DNA of 64,000 nt from Azolla caroliniana (Eukaryota; Plantae; Polypodiophyta). The position numbers were made by a program, and so were the translations under genes. The first letter of the stretch is position 1, and every line of letters begins with the position of its first letter. A model generated the notes under the pieces. The model saw only the letters and a list, made by a program, of their open reading frames with translations, did not search any database and had not been told where the DNA came from. This document shows, one piece after another, positions 61,496-64,000 of this stretch. The stretch spans positions 11,284,001 through 11,348,000 of the forward strand of contig JBHGNT010000021.1 in NCBI GenBank assembly GCA_043228905.1, given 5' to 3'.

Positions 61496-64000
61496 TGTCA
61501 TGATATGGCAAGACTCGAACCCATGATCCTATGTTACATTGGTCGAGCTCTTGACCATTAGACAATTTGTTGTAATACGAAATATTTTCATTTAAGTTTT
61601 ACTATAAAAAATTGATGTATATTCCAGATTTCTCTGGAACATTCTAGAAACTTCAGGAGTACTCCTGAGAACCCTATAAAAGGAGGCACAAGGCATTATT
61701 TCGAACCAAATCGGTTCAACGCAAGTCTTAAGCCTCCTAGTTACTATTGTATATTCTCTTAACATAATATATATCTTTTGTTATCATCATTCTCTCTCTC
61801 TCTCACTCACTCACTCTTTCCGTCTCTTCAGAGTTCTACACCTCCCTTAGTTCTAATCCTCATCTTTTAGTATTAATTCATTCTCTGTCTTAGTACTGTT
61901 CCTGACAATACTTCTCTGTCTTAGTACTAGTCCTAATAGTTTGAATTGATTTCTCCTTCCTTCTCTTCCTTTATCTTCTTACTTCTCCTTCCCTTCATAC
62001 TAATCTCTTATTCCTCTTTTCTCTCATACTATGGCCACTGTTAGCGCCCAAGAATACCAATCCGTTTTTTTGGACTTGCAATGCTTGAAAGAGATGTTTC
62101 TCACATTGGAACAAGAAAATCAACGACTGTTGGGGGAGCTTCAACAAATCTCCTTAGAGAGGCAACATACGCAACAACAACACGGGGAACTAGCGTTACG
62201 TGTGCAACAGCTCAAAGCAACCATAGTAGCAATTCAACAACAAGGATCCAATACGCAAGGGATTCATAAAGAACCCAAGATCCGCCTTTCCATGAAATTC
62301 GATGGAACGTGATCGCAGTTTAGAGGATTCCATAATCAGGTACGATTAGTCATTCAATTGCATCCTTCCTGATATCACACCGATGCATCACGAGTAGGTT
62401 TAGTAGGCACGTTGTTAAGTGGCTTAGCTTTGGCATGGTTCACTCGGTTGTTAGAAAAGGAATCTCCTTTACTAAACAATTTTGAAGAGTTTTTAAGTGA
62501 GTTTAAAGCCTGTTTTGGAGATACTGACACCATAAGGACAACAATCAACAAAATCCAACGATTACGTCAAGGTGATCGTCCAGCCTCCGCATACGCTGCA
62601 GATTTCCGCCTACTTGCCTCCGATATCCCCTAGGATGACAAGGCACTTATGGAGCAATTTTGTTATGGTCTACGTAATGATGTCAAGGATTTACTCTTGA
62701 CCTTCCCCGAAGAACCAAATTCATTGATAGAAGCAATCAGTCGTGCGGTGAGATGCGACAACCGTCTCTTCGAACGACGTTCGGAATGTCAGTTCCAGAT
62801 GACACGAGCAAGATCAGAACCCACCTATGCCTCAGTGGTAGCAAAACCTTTTCCAAGGGAGTCATGTAACACGTCTCCAGTGAATACTCCAACTCCGATG
62901 GAAATTGACAGTACATGTCGTCACGAACCATTATCGGAAGAAGAAAAGCAGCGATGCCAAGCAAATTGACTATGTCTTTATTGCGGTGGACCAAGGCATA
63001 TTGCAATGAACTGTCCCCATAGGCCAAGAAGACAGGTGAACCAAATAGTTGCTACTTCTAATTGTACTAAACCCGAGTCTATTTCAGTAGGAATATTTGA
63101 TAGTCCTAATAGTACTAATAGCCCAAATCTAACGAACAAATTTGATGTCCTTAGTTAGTTAGAAGAAGAGCTAAACGACTATGTCTAACCATAATAGGAG
63201 CCGTTTGGTTGGACAACCCTAGATATGTGCAGCCCATTAGTGTTTCCATTCCCTCTAAGCAAGTTAGCAATGTGTTCTTAGCCCAAGTAATCGTTAGTAC
63301 TAAAAGTACCTCTCCAGTACATGTCTCAGCACTTCTAGATTCCGGAGCTAATTCTTGCTTCATGGATAGGAATTTTGCCCAAGCTCATCAGATATCCCTA
63401 AGAAAACTCCCATGTCCAACCTCTGTAGTGATTATTGATGGTCATCCCATTGCTTCCGGAAACATCATAGAAGAGTCAGAGCTCGTTAATATTGTCCTAG
63501 ATAATTTAGCGTGTGTAGTATCCTTTAATATAATTTGTATCCCTGAACATCCCATTGTTTTGGGATTACCATGGTTCGAATTATATAACCCATACATAGA
63601 TTGGAGAACAAGGGAAGTCCGGTATCAACAAACCCGAGGATCTACTCATAAGATTGCAACCATTTCGCTACATCAGTTGCGTGAGGAAGGATGCAAGGAA
63701 GAAATGTTTCTGTTCAAAGTATCAGTAAAACCCTCCAACACCACTAAAGAGGAGTCCACCATTCAACTTCCCGAGAAGTATCTTCATTATGCCGATGTGT
63801 TCGATAAAGTACAAGCCAATACGCTTCCTCACCATCGACCGTATGATTGCCCCATCGATTTACAATTGGGAAAAGAGCCACCATAGGGACCGATCTACAA
63901 TTTGTCACTAACCGAGCTAGAAATTCGAGCCTATATAGAGGAGAATTTGGCAAATGGTTTCATTCGACATTCGAAATCTCCAACCGACACACACATTTTC
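61496..64000 (+). mobile_element. Gypsy L, chromovirus of the G family: 5' LTR 61496-~61938, degenerate gag, PR, start of RT (runs off window)
   Basis: LTR matches G; PTPMEID, ALLDSGANS and LPHHRPYDC motifs. Confidence 0.92.

Overview
A eukaryotic, gene-free, heterochromatin-type window, most likely from a non-seed land plant (inferred from plant tRNA PBSs and Tcn1-like chromoviruses). It is almost entirely a nest of LTR retrotransposons, and target-site duplications (TSDs) resolve the order of insertion. Copia A (3313-51768) contains Copia B (4853-50752). B contains Copia C (6302-12962, itself holding the Gag-PR-only Gypsy D), chromovirus G (13284-39270), a solo LTR and Copia I (41446-48627, with a 7x302-bp RT-derived tandem array). 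G holds non-chromovirus Gypsy F and Copia H, and F holds the near-intact Gypsy E and two solo LTRs. Further elements flank the nest. No host genes, rRNA, true tRNA genes or CRISPR arrays were found. Main observations: (1) tRNA-like A-box/B-box modules with identical spacing in the U3 of three dissimilar LTR families; (2) a tRNA-Trp-primed Gypsy group with TGTCG..CGACA ends that makes 4-bp CpG-centred TSDs, has a DHG protease, appears to frameshift -1 between PR and RT, and has a Gag-PR-only partner; (3) a ~1011-codon extra ORF and a conserved hairpin in place of the PPT in family F; (4) a young satellite with higher-order structure born from RT coding DNA. All coordinates and alignments were read by eye.
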